A stretch of DNA of 64,000 bases from the UHGV virus genome UHGV-1366603. One strand, 5' to 3'. The translations under genes were made by a program, and so were the position numbers. The stretch is from a virus. Under the pieces are notes generated by a model, which worked only from the letters and a program-made list of their open reading frames with translations, did not search any database and was not told the origin of the DNA. Positions 17,810 through 26,400 of this stretch are shown here, piece after piece; position 1 is the stretch's first letter; each line of letters starts with the position of its first letter.

Positions 17810-19094
17810 CTTTGGCTTCTCTTAATAATTTTTCCTTTTGGGCGCGTTCACGAACACAGCGTGGGCAATAACACATACTCGTGTCGTGGAACGCTTTTGC
17901 TGACGTCGTACCCATCTTCTGTTTCCAGTATTCCGCCACCATCAGTTTCGCTGTCGTCCAGCCGCACTGACGTCGCTCAGCGTGATACGCTTTACGGTCT
18001 TCCAGTGTCCCTTCACCGTTTTCGTAAGAAGCCGCAGCGCAGCTACCACAAGCGTGCTTCATCGGACAACCTAAACAAGTCTCTGGATAGTTGGTATATT
18101 GTGTTTGAATCTCTTCTAACAATTTACCGTTGTCCAGACTGACGAATTCCCGACCTACCAACTCAAATACCGCAGAACGCGACGTTACGGTTGACATAAA
18201 GCGATTGCAACCGAAGATCTTACGATCAAATCCTAAACACGTCATGTGCGTTAATGTCCCACAGAACGGACGTAAACGTTCTGGGTTCAACCGTACTGTG
18301 TCATTATAAAGTAATTGGTCACGCCAGTTCGGTTCCCAAATCGTATCGAAATCCAACCCTTCTGGAATGATATGCGATAAGATATTACGTGGGTTGGTGT
18401 GTAATCCTTTCTCGACCCAATAATCAATCACATCCATCATCTGCAATGCAATTGAAGTAGCCATGCCGCGTGGCATAATGTCTTCGAAGGTTACGTTGCC
18501 GGAGATAGTTCCGCCACCAGTAATATCAATTAATGACTTCATTCCGGCAGCATAGTACGGTAACGTTTCTAACGTAAAGGTCGCCTTTACGCCAAGCTCT
18601 GCAATGCCAACCTCTTTTAAGTAGTTATAGCCTCGTACTGCGGCTTCGTAAGAACCCTGGCGCGTCGTTGTAAAGATACGATAACGGTCATGGGACTCAG
18701 GTAAGCCGTCAATTGAAACCCCAACCGAAAGTTTGTCTTTCCAACGCTCTACGATCTCACGGTTCAACGGGCGATCTAACAACGTCCCGTTTGTGGAAAT
18801 ACTAAACATAAACGGCCGATTATGTTCTTTACACAACTGCTCGGCGGTTTCAAATGCAGCCAGCAGCAACTTAGGCTGCATGAACGGTTCACCACCGATA
18901 ATGTCGATAATAACTTCAACATTCGGTTCGTTTTTATCACGTTCAAAACAGGCGTGCAAGAAATCAACAATATCTGCCGCTTTGTTGTTACGCGGGTACT
19001 TACGTTCGTAACAATATTCGCAGTCCAGGTTACACGAAAGATTCGTTACAATCTGATACGTTAGCTGCTTAGGGAATTCATTTACTTGACTCAT
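17772..19094 (-). CDS. Radical SAM enzyme with C-terminal SPASM-like Cys-rich domain
   Basis: CNLDCEYC (CxxxCxxC) near N-terminus; IGGEPF SAM-binding motif; C-terminal CLGCPMKHACGSC plus additional Cys (CGTLTHMTC, CYCPRC) fit an auxiliary Fe-S SPASM-type domain. Confidence 0.8.
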   Translation of the reverse strand: MSQVNEFPKQLTYQIVTNLSCNLDCEYCYERKYPRNNKAADIVDFLHACFERDKNEPNVEVIIDIIGGEPFMQPKLLLAAFETAEQLCKEHNRPFMFSISTNGTLLDRPLNREIVERWKDKLSVGVSIDGLPESHDRYRIFTTTRQGSYEAAVRGYNYLKEVGIAELGVKATFTLETLPYYAAGMKSLIDITGGGTISGNVTFEDIMPRGMATSIALQMMDVIDYWVEKGLHTNPRNILSHIIPEGLDFDTIWEPNWRDQLLYNDTVRLNPERLRPFCGTLTHMTCLGFDRKIFGCNRFMSTVTSRSAVFELVGREFVSLDNGKLLEEIQTQYTNYPETCLGCPMKHACGSCAAASYENGEGTLEDRKAYHAERRQCGWTTAKLMVAEYWKQKMGTTSAKAFHDTSMCYCPRCVRERAQKEKLLREAKDETNSDQQYYEA

Positions 19095-20001
19095 TTGCCG
19101 CCCCTCTATTACGCCCTGCCATCACTACGCGACGAATATATTCGTAAGCCTCTACACCGATAGAGAAGGCCAGTTGGTTACACCCGGATTCCAGTACGTT
19201 AGGTGCATTCTGGAGCTGGTGCTCACCACCGTCTGCATTAATCCAGAGACTTTCGCTGCAAACGTTACAGCCTTCTTCAAACACTTTACTTACCGTAAAA
19301 CCACATTCACGTCTGTTTACTACATTCAGTCGTTCAATGTTGTCCTGAACCTGATAGTAGCCGTAAATAAAGTTCATGACGTGGTCAGGTGATAACGGTT
19401 TTGGCATTTTCGCATCTAAGAGTAACGTCATTGCTCGGAAACCGTAATGGTAAATCGCGCTATGCAGCTGAATAATATCTTCATGCCAACGTTTATCCCC
19501 CAAACGGTCCCGTGTCAAGACACCCCAAGTCTGGACATTATCCAGCTCGTAGATCGTTTCCAGTGCTTCGTAACAGCCTTCGTCAATAAAGCGCATAAAT
19601 GGACGCTCAGACGACTTAAACCCATCGATGCTAACGTAGACATTGTCAAACTGTTTTAGCAACGGGAGATGCGATTTACGCATCTTTAAGCCATTGGTAT
19701 ACAACTGGTGTTTGAGTTCTGGACGAATCACTTTTAATTCGTCAACAAACGCCTCAATTTTACGGGTTGCCAGTAATGGCTCACCACCCGTCCACTGAAT
19801 TTCGGTAATGGTTGGATTAGCTTCCAACGCTTCCAAAATTCGCTCACGTTGAAACTCTCGCGGAGAATCTTCACGATTCATGTAATAGGCTCCACCGCAG
19901 AAGCTACAATCCAGGTTACACTTGGACGTAGCGACTACGGACAATACGGTGGGTTTATCGTATAAACGATTCGATAACCTTGGTTCTGCATTGGTTGTCA
20001 T
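19078..20001 (-). CDS. Radical SAM enzyme (second, shorter)
   Basis: CNLDCSFCGG (CxxxCxxC) and TGGEPLL motifs; C-terminal Cys cluster CGFTV...CNVCSES...SGCNQ. Confidence 0.8.
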   Translation of the reverse strand: MTTNAEPRLSNRLYDKPTVLSVVATSKCNLDCSFCGGAYYMNREDSPREFQRERILEALEANPTITEIQWTGGEPLLATRKIEAFVDELKVIRPELKHQLYTNGLKMRKSHLPLLKQFDNVYVSIDGFKSSERPFMRFIDEGCYEALETIYELDNVQTWGVLTRDRLGDKRWHEDIIQLHSAIYHYGFRAMTLLLDAKMPKPLSPDHVMNFIYGYYQVQDNIERLNVVNRRECGFTVSKVFEEGCNVCSESLWINADGGEHQLQNAPNVLESGCNQLAFSIGVEAYEYIRRVVMAGRNRGAANESSK

Positions 20002-20022
20002 TGCAGGTGACTCCGGTCGTTT

Positions 20023-20922
20023 TTAAATATAATCAATGGCGAACAAAGGATCGTCGTCTACGTTAGCACCAGGGGTTAACAAGAATGGAGAGTTATACGC
20101 TTCCAAAATACGGTTAAGGTCTTTATAACGGACATTTAAACGTTCTAAATCCGCTAACGTTACGTTACGGTCCAACACCGCCGACACTGCTGCTTTCTCT
20201 TCGTCAGTTAACGTGACTTTCGTCATTAAGAAACTAACGAGTTTTGCCAGATCCGCTTCTGTTGACGGATGCTCGCCAATACGTGTTTGAATCAAATGCT
20301 GCATCCAAGGCTTACGGATGCGTTTTGTGATTTCGTGCTCATCCGTCAGGGCAACCCACACAGAACGTTCACGATCCCACACGAACTTATAGCTATACGC
20401 CATTAAATCCGCTAAGCAATTAATCCCTAACGCTTCGTACCCTTCAATTTCGATATACGATTCCGTATCGAAATAGTTCTTCGTTTCTGGTGTTACCAGG
20501 GTAAAGAAATACGGGAACGAGCCTAAGTAATCCGGCGACCACCAACGACGGGCAACCGGTTTTGCACCCATTTCTTCAAACGGGGTAAAGAACAATTCCA
20601 TATCTACGGAGTTATTCAAAATCCCGTCACTAAAGAAATATTTACCTGCAACCAATTTACCACGCAACTCGGAGTCACCGGTAAAGACCACTACACTTTC
20701 TGCCGCCAGATCACGAATCTTAAACGTATTTTCTACACGATAGTTTTTACGATCGGTAAAGAAACGTCCGCGCACTTTAGGCCATTCGCCTGGCAATTGC
20801 GTCAGCAGACGAACTTCATCTGCTAAGTGTGCACGTACGGAATCAGGGGAAGAAATGTGAAGTGGATGATTGAAAATCGTTTTGTACGCTAAATGTAAAT
20901 CATTCTTCATTGATTGCTCCAA
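20023..20922 (-). CDS. Hypothetical protein in radical SAM cassette
   Basis: 299-aa ORF, directly abutting the 77-aa gene. Confidence 0.55.
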   Translation of the reverse strand: MEQSMKNDLHLAYKTIFNHPLHISSPDSVRAHLADEVRLLTQLPGEWPKVRGRFFTDRKNYRVENTFKIRDLAAESVVVFTGDSELRGKLVAGKYFFSDGILNNSVDMELFFTPFEEMGAKPVARRWWSPDYLGSFPYFFTLVTPETKNYFDTESYIEIEGYEALGINCLADLMAYSYKFVWDRERSVWVALTDEHEITKRIRKPWMQHLIQTRIGEHPSTEADLAKLVSFLMTKVTLTDEEKAAVSAVLDRNVTLADLERLNVRYKDLNRILEAYNSPFLLTPGANVDDDPLFAIDYI

Positions 20923-21156
20923 CTATTTTACGGTCAAACGGACGTTCAGGGTATAGAACCCACCCCGCCATTGTCTGCCGGTAACTTGAAACTCAGCAGT
21001 AAACCCATTCGATTTACTCGGTTGCTGGTTAATCGCCATACTACCGCCGGAATTACTTAAAACCTCTAAAGAGATAGAAGCAGAAGTCGCATTACCGATT
21101 GAGTCTATCTTAAAACTAGCCGCATCTGTAAAATTGACAGTAATACCATCACCCAT
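20923..21156 (-). CDS. Hypothetical small protein
   Basis: 77-aa ORF between Cys-rich genes and the modification-enzyme genes. Confidence 0.45.
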   Translation of the reverse strand: MGDGITVNFTDAASFKIDSIGNATSASISLEVLSNSGGSMAINQQPSKSNGFTAEFQVTGRQWRGGFYTLNVRLTVK

Positions 21157-21178
21157 CGCAACTTGGGGAAAGGCTTAC

Positions 21179-21385
21179 TTACCGCCCCCCTGCTCCCTTA
21201 CTACAGCTACCGCTGCACGACCAGCTACATCCACCGTTACAGTTGTAGTGGCTTAAAGGTAAACCGGCAAGGTTATTGGTTGAAGACACGGTACCCTGGT
21301 TTGCAATATAGTTGTTTGCGTTAGCGGTCGTAATATACCCTTCCGCTGTTACTAAACGATCACGAAGGTTCTTAAGGCTAATCAC
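21179..21385 (-). CDS. Cys-rich precursor-like protein C (short core)
   Basis: GTG start at 21383-21385 preceded by GGGAGG, which overlaps the stop of gene B. Translation (V)ISLKNLRDRL...HYNCNGGCSWSCSGSCSKGAGGR shares the leader motif and CGGSCSW core start with A and B. Confidence 0.55.
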   Translation of the reverse strand: MISLKNLRDRLVTAEGYITTANANNYIANQGTVSSTNNLAGLPLSHYNCNGGCSWSCSGSCSKGAGGR

Positions 21386-21387
21386 AA

Positions 21388-21786
21388 TTACCTCCCAGAA
21401 CACCCACCGGAACAAGAACCTGAACAGCCTGAAGAACAGTTCCCTGTACACGCGTTAGAACAGCTCCCCGTGCAACTTCCTGAACACCCACCGGAGCAGG
21501 TATTCGAACATCCGCTACAGCCCGCGCTACAACCTGATACGCAGTTTGCAGAACACGAGGAACCACAACCACCGGATGCGTTTCCTGTGCAGCCACCAGA
21601 ACAACTCGAACACGTCCAGCTACAACTACCTCCGCAGTCGTAGTGATTGCGGGCCTGTCCTCCGAATAAGTCTGCGTTGTTTGTCGCTTTCCCGCGAATA
21701 TAGTTTTGTACTGCACCCGTATTCTTCAATGCAGTGCTGTCAATGTTATTTAACCGCGCTTGTAGCGCAGGTAATCCAATTGCCAT
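21388..21786 (-). CDS. Cys-rich precursor-like protein B (~50-aa leader plus ~80-aa Cys/Gly/Ser core)
   Basis: RBS agaggtg. Core begins HYDCGGSCSWTCS and continues with about 20 Cys at mostly CxxxC spacing, ending GGCSGR. Confidence 0.65.
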   Translation of the reverse strand: MAIGLPALQARLNNIDSTALKNTGAVQNYIRGKATNNADLFGGQARNHYDCGGSCSWTCSSCSGGCTGNASGGCGSSCSANCVSGCSAGCSGCSNTCSGGCSGSCTGSCSNACTGNCSSGCSGSCSGGCSGR

Positions 21787-21796
21787 TTTTCACCTC

Positions 21797-22192
21797 TTAG
21801 GTTGGACCAGAACAGCCGCCAGAGCAGGCACCAGAACAACCCGTAGAACAACGGCCTGAGCAAGCACCCCCACAAGTTCCGCTACAACCTGAACACCCAC
21901 CTGAACACGTTGAGCTACATCCAGTACATTGGTTACCGCACGCAGAGGAGCAGCTGCCTACACACACAGACGTACAAGTACCCGAACAGCTCGTACAACC
22001 ATGCGTACAGCCGTTTGAGCACGTCCAGCTACAACTACCTCCGCAGTCTAACCGGTTTGGCGTCCAACCCGAAAATGTATCGGCTGCATTATGTGCTTTC
22101 GACGCAACTTGCGGATCAACACGTGGGCCAGTTGCCATTTGGTTCTCTACGTTGGTGATTCGGTCACGTACGTTTTTAACACTGATCGCCAT
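21797..22192 (-). CDS. Cys-rich precursor-like protein A
   Basis: ATG at 22190-22192 with RBS aagga (track ORF begins one codon earlier at GTG). Leader MAISVKNVRDRITNVENQ...; core NRLDCGGSCSWTCSNGC... ending SGGCSGPT. Confidence 0.65.
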   Translation of the reverse strand: MAISVKNVRDRITNVENQMATGPRVDPQVASKAHNAADTFSGWTPNRLDCGGSCSWTCSNGCTHGCTSCSGTCTSVCVGSCSSACGNQCTGCSSTCSGGCSGCSGTCGGACSGRCSTGCSGACSGGCSGPT

Positions 22193-22259
22193 CACGTATC
22201 CTTAAAATAAAAAAGAATGGAGGACTACGTCCATAAACATAGTTCCTCCTGTAATTAAA

Positions 22260-23465
22260 TTATTTTGTACCCGCTTCCGCCTGTACGTCATCACGAGACG
22301 TCAGGTTAGCGTTAACGTGTACTGGGGCCTGAACCACACCACCGTATCTCTTGTGGAGATAACCGCTGTGCGGGTTATCTGCCGCGATGTGGTTTTGTAG
22401 GTTCTGGTTCGCTTGACTGATTGCGTTCGTGTTATTGTTAACTTGCTGTTTAAGCGCATCCAGGTTCTGTTGTACCTGATCGATTTTCTGATCGGTTTCT
22501 TGACCCTGTTGCTCTAACGCGGCAACACGCTGAATAACCTGATTCAGTTTTGTGTTTAAATCGTTGATGCTCTTTTGCAGTTGTAACACTAACGAGTTCA
22601 GGTTCGCTAACGCTAATGCCATTTTCTGGTAGTTTTGAGCAACCACGTTAAGTTGGTCGTTCCACGCTTCCAGAGAGTTGACAACAGCGTCAATACGCTT
22701 ACCTAAAGCTTCGTCCGCTTTCTTCAGTGCATTGATTTCCGTAATCGTTGCGTCGATAGCAGACTGGACGTCACGGATAAGCGCACGGATTTCAGTTTCC
22801 GTTAACCCGTTAACCTGATGGATATCAAGATGGTGAACGTTACCGGTTGAGTTAATGTGTGCATTTAAAGCGTCTAAGAAGTCATTTTTCAGGCTTTCTA
22901 AAATCGCTTTAATGTTCTCTAACTGTACTGCGTCACCAGAACTAATAGCATCTTTAATACCCGCCAATACGGTAATGATATATTCAAAACCGTAGATGTC
23001 ACCCACGTCTTTATACGTCGGTGCAGACGGGAATGTATCCGGTACGTTACGCAAGTCTTTAAACGCAATCGTACGGTTATCGAGGTTTAATTCAGCAATC
23101 GCCTGTTCGATAGCCACGATGTTCGCAGACTGTGGGCCACCAACGACCTGCGCAGATACTGTAATATCTGTTGGAATCGCTGTGTTAGTGACCACCACCG
23201 CCATAACAATCTCGCGGTTTTTAGTCAGCTTTTCATAAGTCGGGTGTGCAAAAATCAACTCATAATCGGTACCACGTTCGTAGGTTGCATCCGGTCGGTT
23301 AGCAACGCGTAAACGGAACGTGTCCGCAAAGAACGGGCCGTCAGGAAAAGCAAAAGCACGGTTTACTTTACCTGTACCTAACGTAATCTGACGCTCCACA
23401 GCGTTAGACGTTAGCGAGCCCGTTAAATCTAAAGGATATTGATAAACAATGGAGGCCATGGCCAC
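22260..23465 (-). CDS. Tail fibre protein with N-terminal anchor module and long coiled-coil shaft
   Basis: N-terminal FPDGPFFADTFRLRV...GTDYELIF resembles the N-termini of the three large upstream proteins; residues ~230-360 are heptad-rich (LNTKLNQVIQRVAALEQQGQETDQKIDQVQQNLDALKQQ). Confidence 0.6.
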   Translation of the reverse strand: MAMASIVYQYPLDLTGSLTSNAVERQITLGTGKVNRAFAFPDGPFFADTFRLRVANRPDATYERGTDYELIFAHPTYEKLTKNREIVMAVVVTNTAIPTDITVSAQVVGGPQSANIVAIEQAIAELNLDNRTIAFKDLRNVPDTFPSAPTYKDVGDIYGFEYIITVLAGIKDAISSGDAVQLENIKAILESLKNDFLDALNAHINSTGNVHHLDIHQVNGLTETEIRALIRDVQSAIDATITEINALKKADEALGKRIDAVVNSLEAWNDQLNVVAQNYQKMALALANLNSLVLQLQKSINDLNTKLNQVIQRVAALEQQGQETDQKIDQVQQNLDALKQQVNNNTNAISQANQNLQNHIAADNPHSGYLHKRYGGVVQAPVHVNANLTSRDDVQAEAGTK

Positions 23466-23499
23466 TCTCCTTTATTCGAGACGTCCTTGTCCCGAGTCA

Positions 23500-26400
23500 T
23501 TAAGATGTAAACATAAGATTGAACTGGAGTTTGTCGATATCGCGAGTTTCTGCCGGATTCACGGCATCGTACGCGGTCGCTACGTAAACGGTTAGCGTGC
23601 CGTTAGCGTAAGACGATTTCACCGGTGGGTTAGTTCCGGTCTGACCATCTCGCACAATGAGTGTAGGTTCACTTGGGAGATTATCAAACTGACCCTTGAC
23701 CGCTTTATACACCAAACCAGATTGCGCAGACAGTTCACTGTCCGTAAAGACAAAGAACGGTGTGTCGATATCTGCCTGTTTAATCGTGGTACCGGTCTCG
23801 ACGTCAATCAACTGTACCGCCCCAAACTTCGTACGATAACTTTCATACTCGTTCTTCGGAATAACGAACGTGACGTGAACGCGAACCTCCTCGGCAGGTT
23901 TAAACCCAGCGTGCTCTTTTTCCAGGTACTGGTTGGCGGTTAACGTTACCGTTTGTTCAGTCATCGTACCACCGGCCTGGTTTATTGCATACCGAGCTTC
24001 AACAATACCGGTTGGTGCAGCAAGTCGCAGTTTCAAAGCACGATTCGCCGTTCCTGGATTACCTGGCACCTGAACGCGCAAACTCAATGCTAGGTAAGCA
24101 TACGTTCCGGTAGTCGGTTTCGTATACGCACCAATCCATTTCATGTTCGCAGACGCTGCCTGCGTGTTTTCAGAAGCAGTGGCTGTCGCAATGTTGGCGG
24201 CTACCGCTTTCTGCCAGAATTGGTCAGCGCAGTTCTCATACGCTACCCTGGCCACGCTCTTATAACCCGAGTAAGTTTCCTGAATTGGTAACTTAGGACG
24301 CGTCGTAATACCAGACAGTGAACCCCATTTTTGACCGTCAACATACCCTTCACCTTTCGTCGCAGACGCCGTAGGTGCTTTAACGGGTTTGTTAACCAGC
24401 GTTAATAGAGGACCGGTCTTTCTGTCAAACGCTGCTGCTACATCGTGTTGGTCGATAATTGCCGCGTGGTCTTCCAGCTCTTTCACACGACCCAAACGTT
24501 TTACTTTGTCGATACTGATATCGGTAATACGGCTGGAATCGGTGGTTACCGTCCCGACGAACAGTCTTGTTGAAGTATCAGCTAACTGCTCCAAACCGAT
24601 ACGGTATTGCGCAGTAGAACCTGACACCTCAGCGTGCACGTAGAACGTTTGGTTAGCGTGATTGGACGGGAACTCGCTGCTTAAATCCACAGACCACGTT
24701 GGAAGTGTGTAACTGCTGCTACCGAAGTCTAACTTGACTTCTTCTGTCAAATACAGAATCCAGCCTTCTGCTGTCTCCACACCGGCAATAATAACAGCCT
24801 GACCTCCGGTTGAGAACGTCGTGTCGTTAACGAACTCTGCGGCTGTATACGCGTTACCTGAACAGAAAACACGGTCAGCTTTAGAGTAAATCAACGCCAT
24901 CTTGTCCCAATTACCGGCACCCATATAGCACCCAGATTCTGGGTTATGTGCAGGGGCCATCTGTCGTAACTGTGACTTACCAGGAACGCGAGACCAACCT
25001 GAACCTGGGTCGTAGGTATACTTCGCGGCGTAACCTAGTGCATTTAAGTCCCCGATATTTCGGATAGTTAACGTATAAGGTAGCCAAATACCGAAGTTTA
25101 CACCGTCGGCAGAAGCAAAAATTGGCTGACCGACACGTCGTGTTTTATTACCCGCTTCTTCCCTCAGAGACTGATAACTTAAACCATAATCGAGGTCTAA
25201 GAACCAGTCCACCAACTTAAAGGTGGCTGAGTTGAAACGTAAGTAGCCGTTCTCTTTAGATGGACTCACCATGAAGTAATAGATGTCAAGAATTCGACGT
25301 CCGTTACTTGAGGTTTTCATGCACGAAACTTGCAACAAGTCAAATTCGCACACGGTGTTGATACCCAACATCCAAAGAGCAAACAATGCATTACCGGTTT
25401 GATGGGCAGCGCTAATACGTTCATTCGCGTAACCATTTGCTTGACCAGATGGCGCACCGTCAACGATCATCCGAATCATTTTCTGGCGATCGGCTTCTTC
25501 TAGCGTTAAGCGTTCGGAAGACAATGCGAAATTACCGTAGATGTTACGATACGGGAACGTTTCTGCTTTGGTCAAATACCAACCGTTTAACTGCCCGTGA
25601 CGCTCCTCAGGAGTCATGCACGCAGCCATACAGCTAAGCTGCTCGTAAAGCGTTGCATCGACTTCACGACGGTTGTTGTTCGGACCGTATCCGCTATAAC
25701 CCGGAACATCGTAAGGTTTGTTCGGATCAACTTCTACTTCGATGGTGTAACGGTTACGTGGGTTAGACAACCACACTTTGTTCGAACCACCAATTCCGAC
25801 AGGATGGGAAAGACCGATGGTATAAATAGAACCGCGACCTTTATCCCAGGTAAACGTTCCTTCGCCCGAGGTGTTGTTTGGGTTATCGTAACGCAGATAG
25901 TCGAAAAGCTCTTTGCCTTGTGTTCCTTTAATAGAAACGTTCGTCATCTGGTCCGCATCGTTAATCTGCCAACAGGAAAGCATCATTCCTGTACCGTTGG
26001 GTTTAGCATACGTCGCGAAACAACGGTTGTTTGCCTGGCCACCACCCCACTTACGACTGGTTTCTACAGTTGAGCCATCCGCGAACGAGAGTGTAGTAGC
26101 ATCAGCCTTGATGGGGAAGCGTTCGCGGCCTTCTAACGTAACCTTGCCCGTCAACGTATCGATTGTGAAACTTGTTGCCCATTGACGGAAATTAATCGTC
26201 GAACCGTCTGCCGCCGCAAACCACACAGTGGGCACATGGTTCACACGAATCACGCTATCGCGTACAGCACACGCGTGGTTACATTCTGGACCGTGAACAA
26301 AGTTACGTCCGATCGTCCATTTAGCACGACCCTCCGGTGTGAGATATGTAAAGAATTGACCAGTCTGCGACTCTTCGGTCTTCTGACCAATTCGTAAACA

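Noticed and set aside
17772-20001. Radical SAM enzymes as anaerobic sulfatase-maturating enzymes or 7-deazaguanine (QueE-type) biosynthesis
   Set aside because: No sulfatase or C-x-P-x-R substrate nearby and no QueC/QueD/FolE-like neighbours; the adjacent Cys-rich proteins make peptide or protein modification the simpler reading, though still unproven.
21378-22158. ORFs 21378-21716 (-), 21546-21800 (+) and 21910-22158 (+) overlapping the Cys-rich genes
   Set aside because: Alternative-frame and antisense readings of low-complexity Cys/Gly/Ser codon repeats; no RBS, and they conflict with the conserved leader-core frames.
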